This document shows, piece by piece, positions 20,899 to 29,334 of a DNA stretch of 64,000 nt. The position numbers were made by a program, and so were the translations under genes. The DNA is from an uncultured Actinomycetota bacterium. GTDB lineage: Bacteria; Actinomycetota; Actinomycetes; JAHEKZ01. The DNA is taken from NCBI GenBank assembly GCA_963743915.1, contig CAVURN010000005.1, positions 384,001 to 448,000 on the forward strand, read 5' to 3'. The notes beneath the pieces were generated by a model, which made no database searches, had not been told where the DNA came from, and saw only the letters and a list, made by a program, of their open reading frames with translations. Numbering within the stretch: position 1 is the stretch's first letter; each line of letters opens with the position of its first letter.

Positions 20899-21630
20899 CT
20901 AGCGGACTCGGCGTCCGGCCGAGCGCGCTCTCGCAGCCGCGTATCCGGCGGCAACAACGCTCACGACAGCAGCCAACACGCTAACGAGGGCACTTCCGGT
21001 CGGCAGTGCCTTACTCCAGGTCAAGCCCCCAGCGAGCGCAAGGATGTCGAGAACCTCGTCGTCATTCCGATCTGATACCCGTCGAGGCTCAGGAGCCAAC
21101 GCAGGGTTGGCGGAGACGGACGTAACACCGTCCGGCGGCTGGGAATCAGATCCCGACACCGACGGTGCAGGTGGGGCAGAAGTGCCTTCAGACGCGACCA
21201 TCTCTTGGAGCCGCTCAGCAAACAGACTCATCAATGCAGCGCTCACCTCAACGAGCGCACCGCGACCGAACTGTGCGACCTTCCCAGTTAGCGCTAGGTC
21301 AGTGTCCACCATCACGCGGGTGCCGGCATTTTCGGCGGTCAGCGTCGCAGTGACGGTTGCCGTGACATTGCCCTGCCCGCGCACATCCTTGCCTCGCGCC
21401 GAAATGACGGCGGTGTGTGACTCCGGGTCCAGTGTGGTGAACGAAGCCACGCCCTTGTACTCGGAGGTAATCGGCCCCACTTTGATCTTGGCGCGCCCAT
21501 GGTACTCGTCACCATCGACGGAGGTGATCGATGCACCCGGCAGGCACGGCGCCACCTTCTCCAGGTTCGTGAGAAGGTCCCAGGCCTCCGTGGGTGAGAG
21601 CAGAACCTCGAACTCGTTGTGCAGCTGCAT
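20899..21630 (-). CDS. coxG: CoxG-like SRPBCC protein with C-terminal membrane anchor
   Basis: LTNLEKVAPCLPGA, KVGPI, GKVAQFGRG, hydrophobic tail. Confidence 0.88.
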   Translation of the reverse strand: MQLHNEFEVLLSPTEAWDLLTNLEKVAPCLPGASITSVDGDEYHGRAKIKVGPITSEYKGVASFTTLDPESHTAVISARGKDVRGQGNVTATVTATLTAENAGTRVMVDTDLALTGKVAQFGRGALVEVSAALMSLFAERLQEMVASEGTSAPPAPSVSGSDSQPPDGVTSVSANPALAPEPRRVSDRNDDEVLDILALAGGLTWSKALPTGSALVSVLAAVVSVVAAGYAAARARSAGRRVR

Positions 21631-21713
21631 CGGTGTCTCTTTCTGCTCATCGCAGTGATCGGTCGAGTGAACGGTGCTCCTGCGCTATCAGCACACAGCA
21701 ACTCCGTAAGGCA

Positions 21714-22898
21714 TCAGTCCGGCGGGGGCAAGCCGAACCGGAACTCAGCCGCTCCAGGCGGAAAGGGTCCGCCATGCTGCAACACTGCGGCCATGGCGCG
21801 AACCTTTGACAAGTATGCCCGCCCAACAGCGAGGCGTTCAGGCTCCCATGCTCGGAGAGCACCCTGCACATCGCCGGATGTGGCCAAGAGGTGGTCGACC
21901 AAGCGCCAGGCGTCGGCGGCAGCCTTCGCGGCTCCCGCCGCCGCGTGGGGTCTGGGCGTGATCGCTGCGTCACCAATGAGCGCGACCCGGTCGAAGGCCA
22001 CGTTCTGAGGTTCGCAGTCGCTGATCGTGGTGACGAAGGGGTTCGGTGCGGCGCTCAGCAGGTCGCGAAATGGCGAGACCAACTCGTTGAGGGCTCGATT
22101 GCGGAAGGTGTCGAGGCTTGTCGAGCTCAGGTCTTTGAAGTGGACCGTGACGGGGCGGCGCCCACCGTCCTTCGCCGTCATGAGGCCGTCGAGTGCCTCC
22201 CCTTCCTCCACATTCCAGTACCACTGAAAATTGATCCGAGCCCTACCTGTCACTTCCCCGTCGGAGGTGACCTGACAGATGGGGTAAGCGATGATGTGCC
22301 CATCCGGCAGTAGCCCATAGGTGAAGGTGCCTTGAAAGAAGCTCCAAATGTCGTCTGAGACGTCGCTCTCGTCGACCATGCCTCGCCACGTGACATATCC
22401 AGCGTACGTGGGCGACACCCCGAGTAGTTGGGCGCGCGCAACCGAACTCCCCCCGTCAGCGCAGACCAGTAGGTCTGCACTGACCTGGGTGCCGTCGGCG
22501 AACGAGGCTGTCGGCAGTTCTCCATCGAGATCAATACCCACGAGTTCCTTGCCAAGGTGGTAGTCCTCGGTTCCGAACACATCCAGGAGTCTCCGGTAGA
22601 TGGCGTTGTATGCGGTGAAGCGCCAGTCAGAGGCCACTTCGCCTTTCTTGAGCCCGGTCGCGGCATCGTAGTAGCACATGGCGGAACTGGCGACGCTGAT
22701 TTCTTCCAAGGTCGTGGACGTGCGCTCAAGAAGGTAGCGGACAAGTTCAGGCTGCACGACGATGCCCGTTCCAAATCCCGACAGCAGTGTTGAGCAACGC
22801 TCGTAAACCGCCACATCGCATTTAGCGTCACGCAGCAGATTGGCAGCCGTTAACCCTGCAATCGACCCACCGATCACGGCGACCTTCGGCATGCCCAT
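21714..22898 (-). CDS. dhpH: 2,6-dihydroxypyridine 3-hydroxylase (FAD monooxygenase)
   Basis: LSGFGTGIVVQPELV, TYAGYVTWRG, NFQWYWNV, IGDAAITPRPHAAAG, LQHGGPF; matches the recalled Arthrobacter DHPH closely. Confidence 0.92.
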   Translation of the reverse strand: MGMPKVAVIGGSIAGLTAANLLRDAKCDVAVYERCSTLLSGFGTGIVVQPELVRYLLERTSTTLEEISVASSAMCYYDAATGLKKGEVASDWRFTAYNAIYRRLLDVFGTEDYHLGKELVGIDLDGELPTASFADGTQVSADLLVCADGGSSVARAQLLGVSPTYAGYVTWRGMVDESDVSDDIWSFFQGTFTYGLLPDGHIIAYPICQVTSDGEVTGRARINFQWYWNVEEGEALDGLMTAKDGGRRPVTVHFKDLSSTSLDTFRNRALNELVSPFRDLLSAAPNPFVTTISDCEPQNVAFDRVALIGDAAITPRPHAAAGAAKAAADAWRLVDHLLATSGDVQGALRAWEPERLAVGRAYLSKVRAMAAVLQHGGPFPPGAAEFRFGLPPPD

Positions 22899-22923
22899 GG
22901 TTGTCTCCAGTCCTGGTCAGAAG

Positions 22924-23850
22924 TCAGCCGGCGTTCAGGGCCAAGGCAATGGGTCGAAGGGGTGCGCCGCTGGCGCCGCGGAGTCGAATCGGCGCCGCGA
23001 TGAGACAGAACTCATCCACACCGTCACGCGACAGTTCCTCAAGGTTGACCAGCTCGATCATGGGGACTCCGGCCTCGGCAAGGAAGTGGCAGTGGCCCGG
23101 TAGCCAATTGTCCCCATGCTGAGACGGAGCGACTTCGACACACTCCTGGTCCGCGCCGATGGCGGAAATCCCCTGGCCGGTCAGCCACTTCGCCGCCTCA
23201 AGGCCAAGCCCGGGTGGGTTCCCGAGAACCTTCGAACCATCCGGCCAGAAGCCCATCCGTCCGGTTCTGACCATGACCACGTCACCGGGCTCCAGGGCGA
23301 GGCCTGCCTTCACCAACGCATTCCTGCAGTCGTCGATCGTGATGGCGTAGGAGTCTGGTAGGCACTCCACGCCAAGGCCCTTGGCAACGTCGAGAAGCAC
23401 GCCTCTGGTGATGATGGGCGGGATGACCTCTGCACCACCCTTCGTCCAACCGCGGCTGCCGAGAGAGTCCTCCGCCGAAAATCCGTTGTAGATGTGTCCG
23501 TCCACACCAAAGTGGTTCAAGGAGTCGATGTGGGTCCCGGTATGGGTGTACATGAACACGACGTCGCCGGAGTAACAGACATGCCGATTAACCTCGCTCC
23601 CCGCACCGTTCAAGTTGTCCACGACGGTGCCGGAGGGGGTGTGGCTCATGAACAACTGGTAGCTCGGATCGCCAGCAGCCTGGAAACTGGGCATGCCGAC
23701 GAAGTAGTCGATGCTCAGGTCGTAGCTGCGCGTCCCGTCTACTCGAGCCAAGATGGCTGCCGACTTCTCGGGAGACAGATGATTGAGCGCTCCCAACTGG
23801 TCGTCAGGGCCCCAAGGGCTAGCGGCTACCTTGATGCCCGCCTTCGCCAT
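22924..23850 (-). CDS. Cyclase-family (kynurenine-formamidase fold) metallohydrolase, Pkc/HpoH-like
   Basis: WGPDDQLGALN, HTGTHIDSLNH, RGVLLDVA, GASGAPLRPIA; adjacent to dhpH. Confidence 0.85.
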   Translation of the reverse strand: MAKAGIKVAASPWGPDDQLGALNHLSPEKSAAILARVDGTRSYDLSIDYFVGMPSFQAAGDPSYQLFMSHTPSGTVVDNLNGAGSEVNRHVCYSGDVVFMYTHTGTHIDSLNHFGVDGHIYNGFSAEDSLGSRGWTKGGAEVIPPIITRGVLLDVAKGLGVECLPDSYAITIDDCRNALVKAGLALEPGDVVMVRTGRMGFWPDGSKVLGNPPGLGLEAAKWLTGQGISAIGADQECVEVAPSQHGDNWLPGHCHFLAEAGVPMIELVNLEELSRDGVDEFCLIAAPIRLRGASGAPLRPIALALNAG

Positions 23851-24149
23851 CAGACGTCCGTGCGCTGGAAGTCGACCACCGCGCGTGCCGAAAAGCGCGG
23901 CAGGAGCCGCTCGACGACATCGAGGTGGAAGGGGTCGTTCGAGTAGGCGTCCAGGTCCTCCCACGAGTCGAAATCCGTGATCAGGACGCCGTCGAACGGT
24001 TCGCCGTTCTCTCCTGGATCGCCCTGGTGGCTCCCCAGCTCCCAATGCTTGATCACCGGCATGGCTGTCGGCAGTGTGTTGAGAATCTCGATGATCTCCT
24101 CGTTGCTGTGCCCCTCGGCGACTTTCCATGAGAAGACATGCCGAATCAT
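23850..24149 (-). CDS. Dabb-family dimeric alpha/beta barrel protein
   Basis: MIRHVFSWK...FDSWEDLDAYSNDPFH...AVVDF. Confidence 0.85.
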   Translation of the reverse strand: MIRHVFSWKVAEGHSNEEIIEILNTLPTAMPVIKHWELGSHQGDPGENGEPFDGVLITDFDSWEDLDAYSNDPFHLDVVERLLPRFSARAVVDFQRTDV

Positions 24150-24242
24150 GCTGCTCTCCTAACGCTCGGTGTCGTGCGACTGCACTGCGTCAGTCTCGGA
24201 GAGAGCGCCCAGGAGCGGCTCTGCATACTCCGATAAGAACGG

Positions 24243-24258
24243 TCTGACACTTGTCAGA
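24243..24258. promoter_or_regulatory. Inverted repeat TCTGACA-CT-TGTCAGA upstream of the Dabb-cyclase-dhpH-coxG-ndh run
   Basis: Perfect 7-bp arms with a TGACA/TGTCA core, about 95 bp upstream of the first gene. Confidence 0.45.
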
Positions 24259-24294
24259 TGGCGGAACGATCACCACGCGTCCGAGGTGTCGGAG

Positions 24295-25515
24295 CTAACG
24301 CCCGTCCTCGCCGGAGTCTGTCCCTTCGTCTGCCGCAGGTTCAGTCCCGTCATCCAGAATTTCGGCAAGCCGAAGAGCCACCGCGAGCTCGTCTCGGCGG
24401 CTGGCGATGGGGAAGCCCAACCGCTGCTCGATAGACCTCAGTCGGTAGGCAACGGTTCTCTCATGGATCTGAATACGGGCGGCGGTGGCTGCGGCGTTCT
24501 GCCCTGTGTCAAAGTATGCCCGCAACGTCTCGCGGAGAAGCTTCGTGCGAGCGTCGTTGACGCCGACGGCACCCAACTCGCCGATCATGAAATCACGTGC
24601 GGCTGGCACGTCCTGCAAGATGAGGCTCTCGAGGGCGACATCACGATAGGTGGTCACTGGCCGGCGACAGAGTTTCCCGACCCGGAAGGCCTGCCAGGCC
24701 TGCCGATGTCCGAGGCGAAAACCCTCCAACCCAAGGGCCGGGCCACCGAGTGCGAGATACGTGCCCGGAGGCGCCTGAATGGATGACCGATGATTCTCGA
24801 AGCTGGCCTCCAGGCGACTGCTGCCCAGCCATGCCAGCGAAGTACCACCAGGACCTTCTACAACGAGCAGCGAAGCATCGAGGAGCTTCGCCATTGCTTG
24901 TAGCGCCGTGCGGGCACTGGCACCCCATGCGACCACAGCAAGGTGCTGGAGTCGAAGGTTGTACCCCAACTGCTCGGTGTCCGTTGGCACACCGCTGAGC
25001 AGGTCTGTGACGATGGCTCGACGCTGGCGGTCACGACTGTGGAAGAAGTATTCCGACTTCTCTCGTTCGTAGGTCACCACGACGTCGTGCGTGATCCGGT
25101 CGTTCCATGCGAAGTGGTACCCCGCCGCCTGCTTGAGAACGGCGATCTGACGTGGGCCGTCAGGTACCACACGCACCGTTGTCTCGAGAATCCAGTTCCA
25201 CAGAACGACCTGACCGATTCGCCGCGTCAACAGCAAGTCGGTGAGTTCGACCCCCGCCTGAGCAGCAACCCTCGCCTCTTCAAGTGCCCCTTCGGGTGCG
25301 CCTTCGGGCAGGTGACGGGCGTGGCGGAGGCCGTGGATGATGCTGGTCAGTGCCCCAGTGATGCTGGGTAGCTCTGCCTCTAACAGCATCGGGTCGTTCC
25401 GACGATAGTAGTTGGGAGCTCCTGCGCGACTGCGTTCTTGAATTTCCACGCTGATGACCGACACATCGCCTGCAAGCGCGTCAGCCACCGCCCGTAGGTC
25501 TTGCTCGATCGACAT
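24295..25515 (-). CDS. PucR/CdaR-family transcriptional regulator
   Basis: C-terminal TLRAYFDTGQNAAATAARIQIHERTVAYRLRSIEQRLG HTH. Confidence 0.9.
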   Translation of the reverse strand: MSIEQDLRAVADALAGDVSVISVEIQERSRAGAPNYYRRNDPMLLEAELPSITGALTSIIHGLRHARHLPEGAPEGALEEARVAAQAGVELTDLLLTRRIGQVVLWNWILETTVRVVPDGPRQIAVLKQAAGYHFAWNDRITHDVVVTYEREKSEYFFHSRDRQRRAIVTDLLSGVPTDTEQLGYNLRLQHLAVVAWGASARTALQAMAKLLDASLLVVEGPGGTSLAWLGSSRLEASFENHRSSIQAPPGTYLALGGPALGLEGFRLGHRQAWQAFRVGKLCRRPVTTYRDVALESLILQDVPAARDFMIGELGAVGVNDARTKLLRETLRAYFDTGQNAAATAARIQIHERTVAYRLRSIEQRLGFPIASRRDELAVALRLAEILDDGTEPAADEGTDSGEDGR

Positions 25516-25607
25516 CACGGCAGTGTAGTCCCCGATAGAGGCCGCCAGCAGCGCAACAGGGAAGGACGTAGCCCTCGTCCGGGCTACGTCCTTCCCACAA
25601 GCGGGGG

Positions 25608-26774
25608 TCAGGAGACGCCCCAAACCTCCTTGTAGATGGACTGGTAGTCAAGGCTGGTTTCCCACTGTGTGCCCTCGGGAGGCAGGCCATTCTCGCCATC
25701 GAAGACGGCCACCCCCACACCCGAGGGCACTGTCTCCTCACCCGCAAGGAGACGGTTGACCATGTCGGCAGCAGCCCAGGTTTCGATGCCGGCGTCGTAG
25801 CCGAACCCGGCATCCTGGCCCTCGTTCTTGTGGATCAGGTCGACGTTAGCCGGGAACCCGCTGCCAGCGACCACCTCAAGTGAGTCATTGCGGCCAGATG
25901 ACATCACCGCGGCTGCTCCACCTGTCGTCATCAGGTCGTCGTAGGAGACCGAAATCCCATTGGCATCTGGGTTGCGCAGGAGTGCAGTCTCGAACTTCTG
26001 CTGCAGTGGAGGACCGAACTCCGCGGTCTTGACCTCAACGGTCTCCACCGGGCACGTCGGACACATCTCCTCCATCTTCGCCTGGAAACCGTCGCTGATG
26101 GCCTTCGTGATGATCAGTTCAGGAACGCTGAACTCGATGATATTGGCCTCCTCGCCGAGCCGTGAGAGAAGCCATACTGCTTGGGACGCGCCCAGGGCCT
26201 CCGCCCACTCCACGAAGTTGCCTTCCTGAAACTCCAGCGTACGCGCGAAGTACGACTCGGAGTTCGGATCCACGTCGCTGCAGTCGGCAGCCTCCTGAGA
26301 GACCACGGGGATCCCAGCCTGCTTGGCCTCCTCCAACGCGTTCTTCACCAGCGGGCAGTCGATCGAGAAGAGCCAGATGACATCGGCGTTGCTGGCGATA
26401 GCCCGCCGGATGCCCTCCTGGTACGCCGCTGGCTCGTACTTGCCGTCGTAGATGGACAGGTCCCAACCAAGCAGCTCAGCAACCTCCGTGGCCGCCTCGG
26501 CCTGCTTGGTGCCGGTTGGCGATTGCACTCCTGAGTTCACGATGGCCACACGCGCATCGGGTTGAGCGGCAGGCCCGCTGTCCGGGGGCAAGGCAAACGT
26601 CCCATCGCCAAACAACGCTTCGAGCTCCGTTGTCGCCTGCTCGGAGACCGCGTCGTCCGAGCCGGTCTGGGTGCCTTCGCCAGACTCGGTGCTGCACGCG
26701 GCAGCGGTGAGCACCGCGGCAAGCACCGCAGCGACGCCAAGCAGGCGTCTAGGACTTCTCATGAAGGGATGCAT
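25608..26774 (-). CDS. Sugar-type ABC substrate-binding lipoprotein
   Basis: Signal peptide with LTAAAC lipobox; Peripla_BP-like LLGWDLSIYDG, AKQAGIPVV. Confidence 0.88.
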   Translation of the reverse strand: MHPFMRSPRRLLGVAAVLAAVLTAAACSTESGEGTQTGSDDAVSEQATTELEALFGDGTFALPPDSGPAAQPDARVAIVNSGVQSPTGTKQAEAATEVAELLGWDLSIYDGKYEPAAYQEGIRRAIASNADVIWLFSIDCPLVKNALEEAKQAGIPVVSQEAADCSDVDPNSESYFARTLEFQEGNFVEWAEALGASQAVWLLSRLGEEANIIEFSVPELIITKAISDGFQAKMEEMCPTCPVETVEVKTAEFGPPLQQKFETALLRNPDANGISVSYDDLMTTGGAAAVMSSGRNDSLEVVAGSGFPANVDLIHKNEGQDAGFGYDAGIETWAAADMVNRLLAGEETVPSGVGVAVFDGENGLPPEGTQWETSLDYQSIYKEVWGVS

Positions 26775-27125
26775 GTTCTTCCTCTTTCGGTGCTGGCTGC
26801 TCGGGACAATTGCCGTGCGGGTCGAAGCGATGAAGGCTGGGTAAGTCGAAAGCCATCAGCATCGGCCCCAACTACCGCAACCCCAACTCCGTTCACCGTG
26901 GGTTGTCCTCTCCGTCAAGTTGGCGTCATCCTGTCGGGCCAGGCCGGACACTTCGTTGCGGTTTCGGACGATCTAGGGCAGGGCCCTATCACCTTCCAAC
27001 AAAAACCAGGCGCGGCACGGCTTTTTGTCACGTAGGCCAGTCGATCCACACCGATCATCACCAGGACCTCACGGGTCACGGTCCCCGTCGGTGAAGAGTC
27101 TCAGACGCACAGGTGCCGCAGGCCA

Positions 27126-29246
27126 TCAAGGCGCTGCAGTCACGGTGATTCCCTCGAGGTCAAGGCGAAGGGGCTCCCGCTTGTAGGGAAGCGCAACTGC
27201 CGGATCCGGTGAATCAAACTCGCGCGCCAACCGGTGGCCGTCGAACATCGCCTCGGCCATCGCGCGCGGAGAGGAGGCGTCGCCGACGCAGTAGACGCCA
27301 CGGATACCCGACTCAGACAAGCTTTTGCGGTCACTGACAAGCGCGTTGTACATCTCGTCCACAGGCACGCGCATCGTCACCAAGACAAGTGCCCCGGTCT
27401 CCACCCGGAATGATTCCCCATGTGCCCCGAGCCCGACGAGGTGTCTACGGTGTGCCGCAGTCAAGGTGACCTCGCGATACATGGCGACCCGGCTACGGTG
27501 GAGTGTCGTCCGAATCGCATTCCCCTCCAGCGTCAAGTCCGCCTCGGGCGCAACCTGCGCATGCGGTGTGACAAGAGCGACTTCGTACCCCTCGTCGGCA
27601 AGGAGCTGCGCAAGGCCGGCGCCCATGTAGTAGCCCTCGGTGTCGTATACCGTGACGTGGGTCCCCTCGGTAGGACGTCGGGCCTCCGCCATCAGTTGCT
27701 CAGGCGTGAATACCCAGTCGCCCCCTTCATCAATCCCTGGCAAGGACGCGTGTGTCCCGGGTGATGCTCCACTACGCAGCCAGCGTGCGCCTGTGGCCAC
27801 GACCACGTGCGAAGCGCCATAGTCAAGAACGTCGGTGGCATCCAACCTGGTCGACGGGATGTAGGCCAGGTTGGGGAGCTTGTCGATCTGGATCTGCCGA
27901 TGGTCGATGAACCGAGCCCACTCCCGCATGCCCGACAACTCAGCGACCGGTCGAAGGTGCCCGCCGAGCTGCTCTGCGGCGTCGACGAGGTGCACTCTCT
28001 CCGCCCCTCGTTTGGCCAGACCGATCGCTGCCTCCATGCCCGCCGGACCTGCTCCCACTATCAAGACACTGACCTCAGGATCAGCTAGGGGTTCGAAGCG
28101 CTCCGGGTGCCACCCGCGCCTGAACTCCTCCCCCGCGGTGGGGTTCTGAGCACAGGCGAGGTTGCCCCGGTCGAGGCTACTGATGCAGTAGTTGATCCCC
28201 GTGCATTCGCGGATGTCCTCGGTGCGACCCTCCTGGACCTTCTTCGGAAAGAAGGGGTCCGCGATGGACTGACGAGCGCTGCCGACGAGGTCTATCAGTC
28301 CGGATCGCACAGCCTGCGCCATGAGATCGGGGTTGGTCAGTCGTGACACTCCCACCACGGGCTTCGTGGCGGCCCGACGGACTCGTCCGATGAGCTCCAG
28401 GTTGTGGCCTTCAGGCCAGATCCGGGAGGGACTGATGTCGGTCTCCATGTCCAAGTGGGCGCCGAAGTTCAGGTCCCAGAGGTCGACCAGCGAGTCCCCC
28501 ATCCCGACAAGGGCCACAGTGTCCTCCACACTGTGTCCCCATGGGCCCTGGGTCTCCACCGCCAACCGTGTCGCGATGGCGCACTCGCCACCAACGGCCT
28601 CGCGCACCCGGCTGAGCGTCTCGAGCCAAAACCTCGCTCGATTCTCTAGCGTCCCGCCATACCTGTCGCTGCGCTGGTTGTGGAAGGGCGAGAGGAACTG
28701 GGCGAACAGGTAGCCATAACCCGCGAGCACTTCCACGATGTCGTAGCCGACTTCGCGAGCGCGCACTGCGGCGCCCACGAAGGCCCGCTGCACACGCTCG
28801 ATGTCGTCCAGGGTCATGATCTTCGGTGTCTCCGGCGGATACCACGGAGGGTGTCGTTCCGATGACAGGCCAGAGGCAGAGAGTGCGGGTTCACGTGAAT
28901 GCCGACGCAGCGACTGAACGCCGCCGTGGTGAAGCTCGATGCAGGCCAGCGCACCATGAGCGTGGACAGAATCCACCATCAACGTGTGACGAGAGGCGTC
29001 CTCCTCGTCCCAGAGATCGCTCGAATACCATGGCCACTCATCGCTGCTGGGGCCGACGCTGGAGAACTCTGTCGACACGGCCGCCCACCCGCCCTCCGCA
29101 CGAGCAGCCCGGTAAGCAGCCCAGGTGGCCGGACGGAAGGTTCCAAAGGCGGTGCCGTGGGGCACGTTGTAGAACCGATTGCGAAGGGTTTTGGGGCCGA
29201 CGACGACCGAATCGAAGAGGATCTTGTGATTGTCGGCTATCGGCAC
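27126..29246 (-). CDS. TMADH/histamine-dehydrogenase-family flavoprotein (OYE barrel, Fe-S, ADP domain), copy B
   Basis: LRNRFYNVPH, AEGGW, RSDRYGGTLENRARF, IRECTGINYC..CAQNPTAGEE, IVGAGPAGME. Confidence 0.9.
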   Translation of the reverse strand: MPIADNHKILFDSVVVGPKTLRNRFYNVPHGTAFGTFRPATWAAYRAARAEGGWAAVSTEFSSVGPSSDEWPWYSSDLWDEEDASRHTLMVDSVHAHGALACIELHHGGVQSLRRHSREPALSASGLSSERHPPWYPPETPKIMTLDDIERVQRAFVGAAVRAREVGYDIVEVLAGYGYLFAQFLSPFHNQRSDRYGGTLENRARFWLETLSRVREAVGGECAIATRLAVETQGPWGHSVEDTVALVGMGDSLVDLWDLNFGAHLDMETDISPSRIWPEGHNLELIGRVRRAATKPVVGVSRLTNPDLMAQAVRSGLIDLVGSARQSIADPFFPKKVQEGRTEDIRECTGINYCISSLDRGNLACAQNPTAGEEFRRGWHPERFEPLADPEVSVLIVGAGPAGMEAAIGLAKRGAERVHLVDAAEQLGGHLRPVAELSGMREWARFIDHRQIQIDKLPNLAYIPSTRLDATDVLDYGASHVVVATGARWLRSGASPGTHASLPGIDEGGDWVFTPEQLMAEARRPTEGTHVTVYDTEGYYMGAGLAQLLADEGYEVALVTPHAQVAPEADLTLEGNAIRTTLHRSRVAMYREVTLTAAHRRHLVGLGAHGESFRVETGALVLVTMRVPVDEMYNALVSDRKSLSESGIRGVYCVGDASSPRAMAEAMFDGHRLAREFDSPDPAVALPYKREPLRLDLEGITVTAAP

Positions 29247-29334
29247 GAAGGGACCATCCTTGGTCAGGTCGGTTTGGCGGCCAGCGCGTGGCAGTCGTGG
29301 AACTCGGCCCTGGGCGTCGGCGCAGGTTCGGCGA

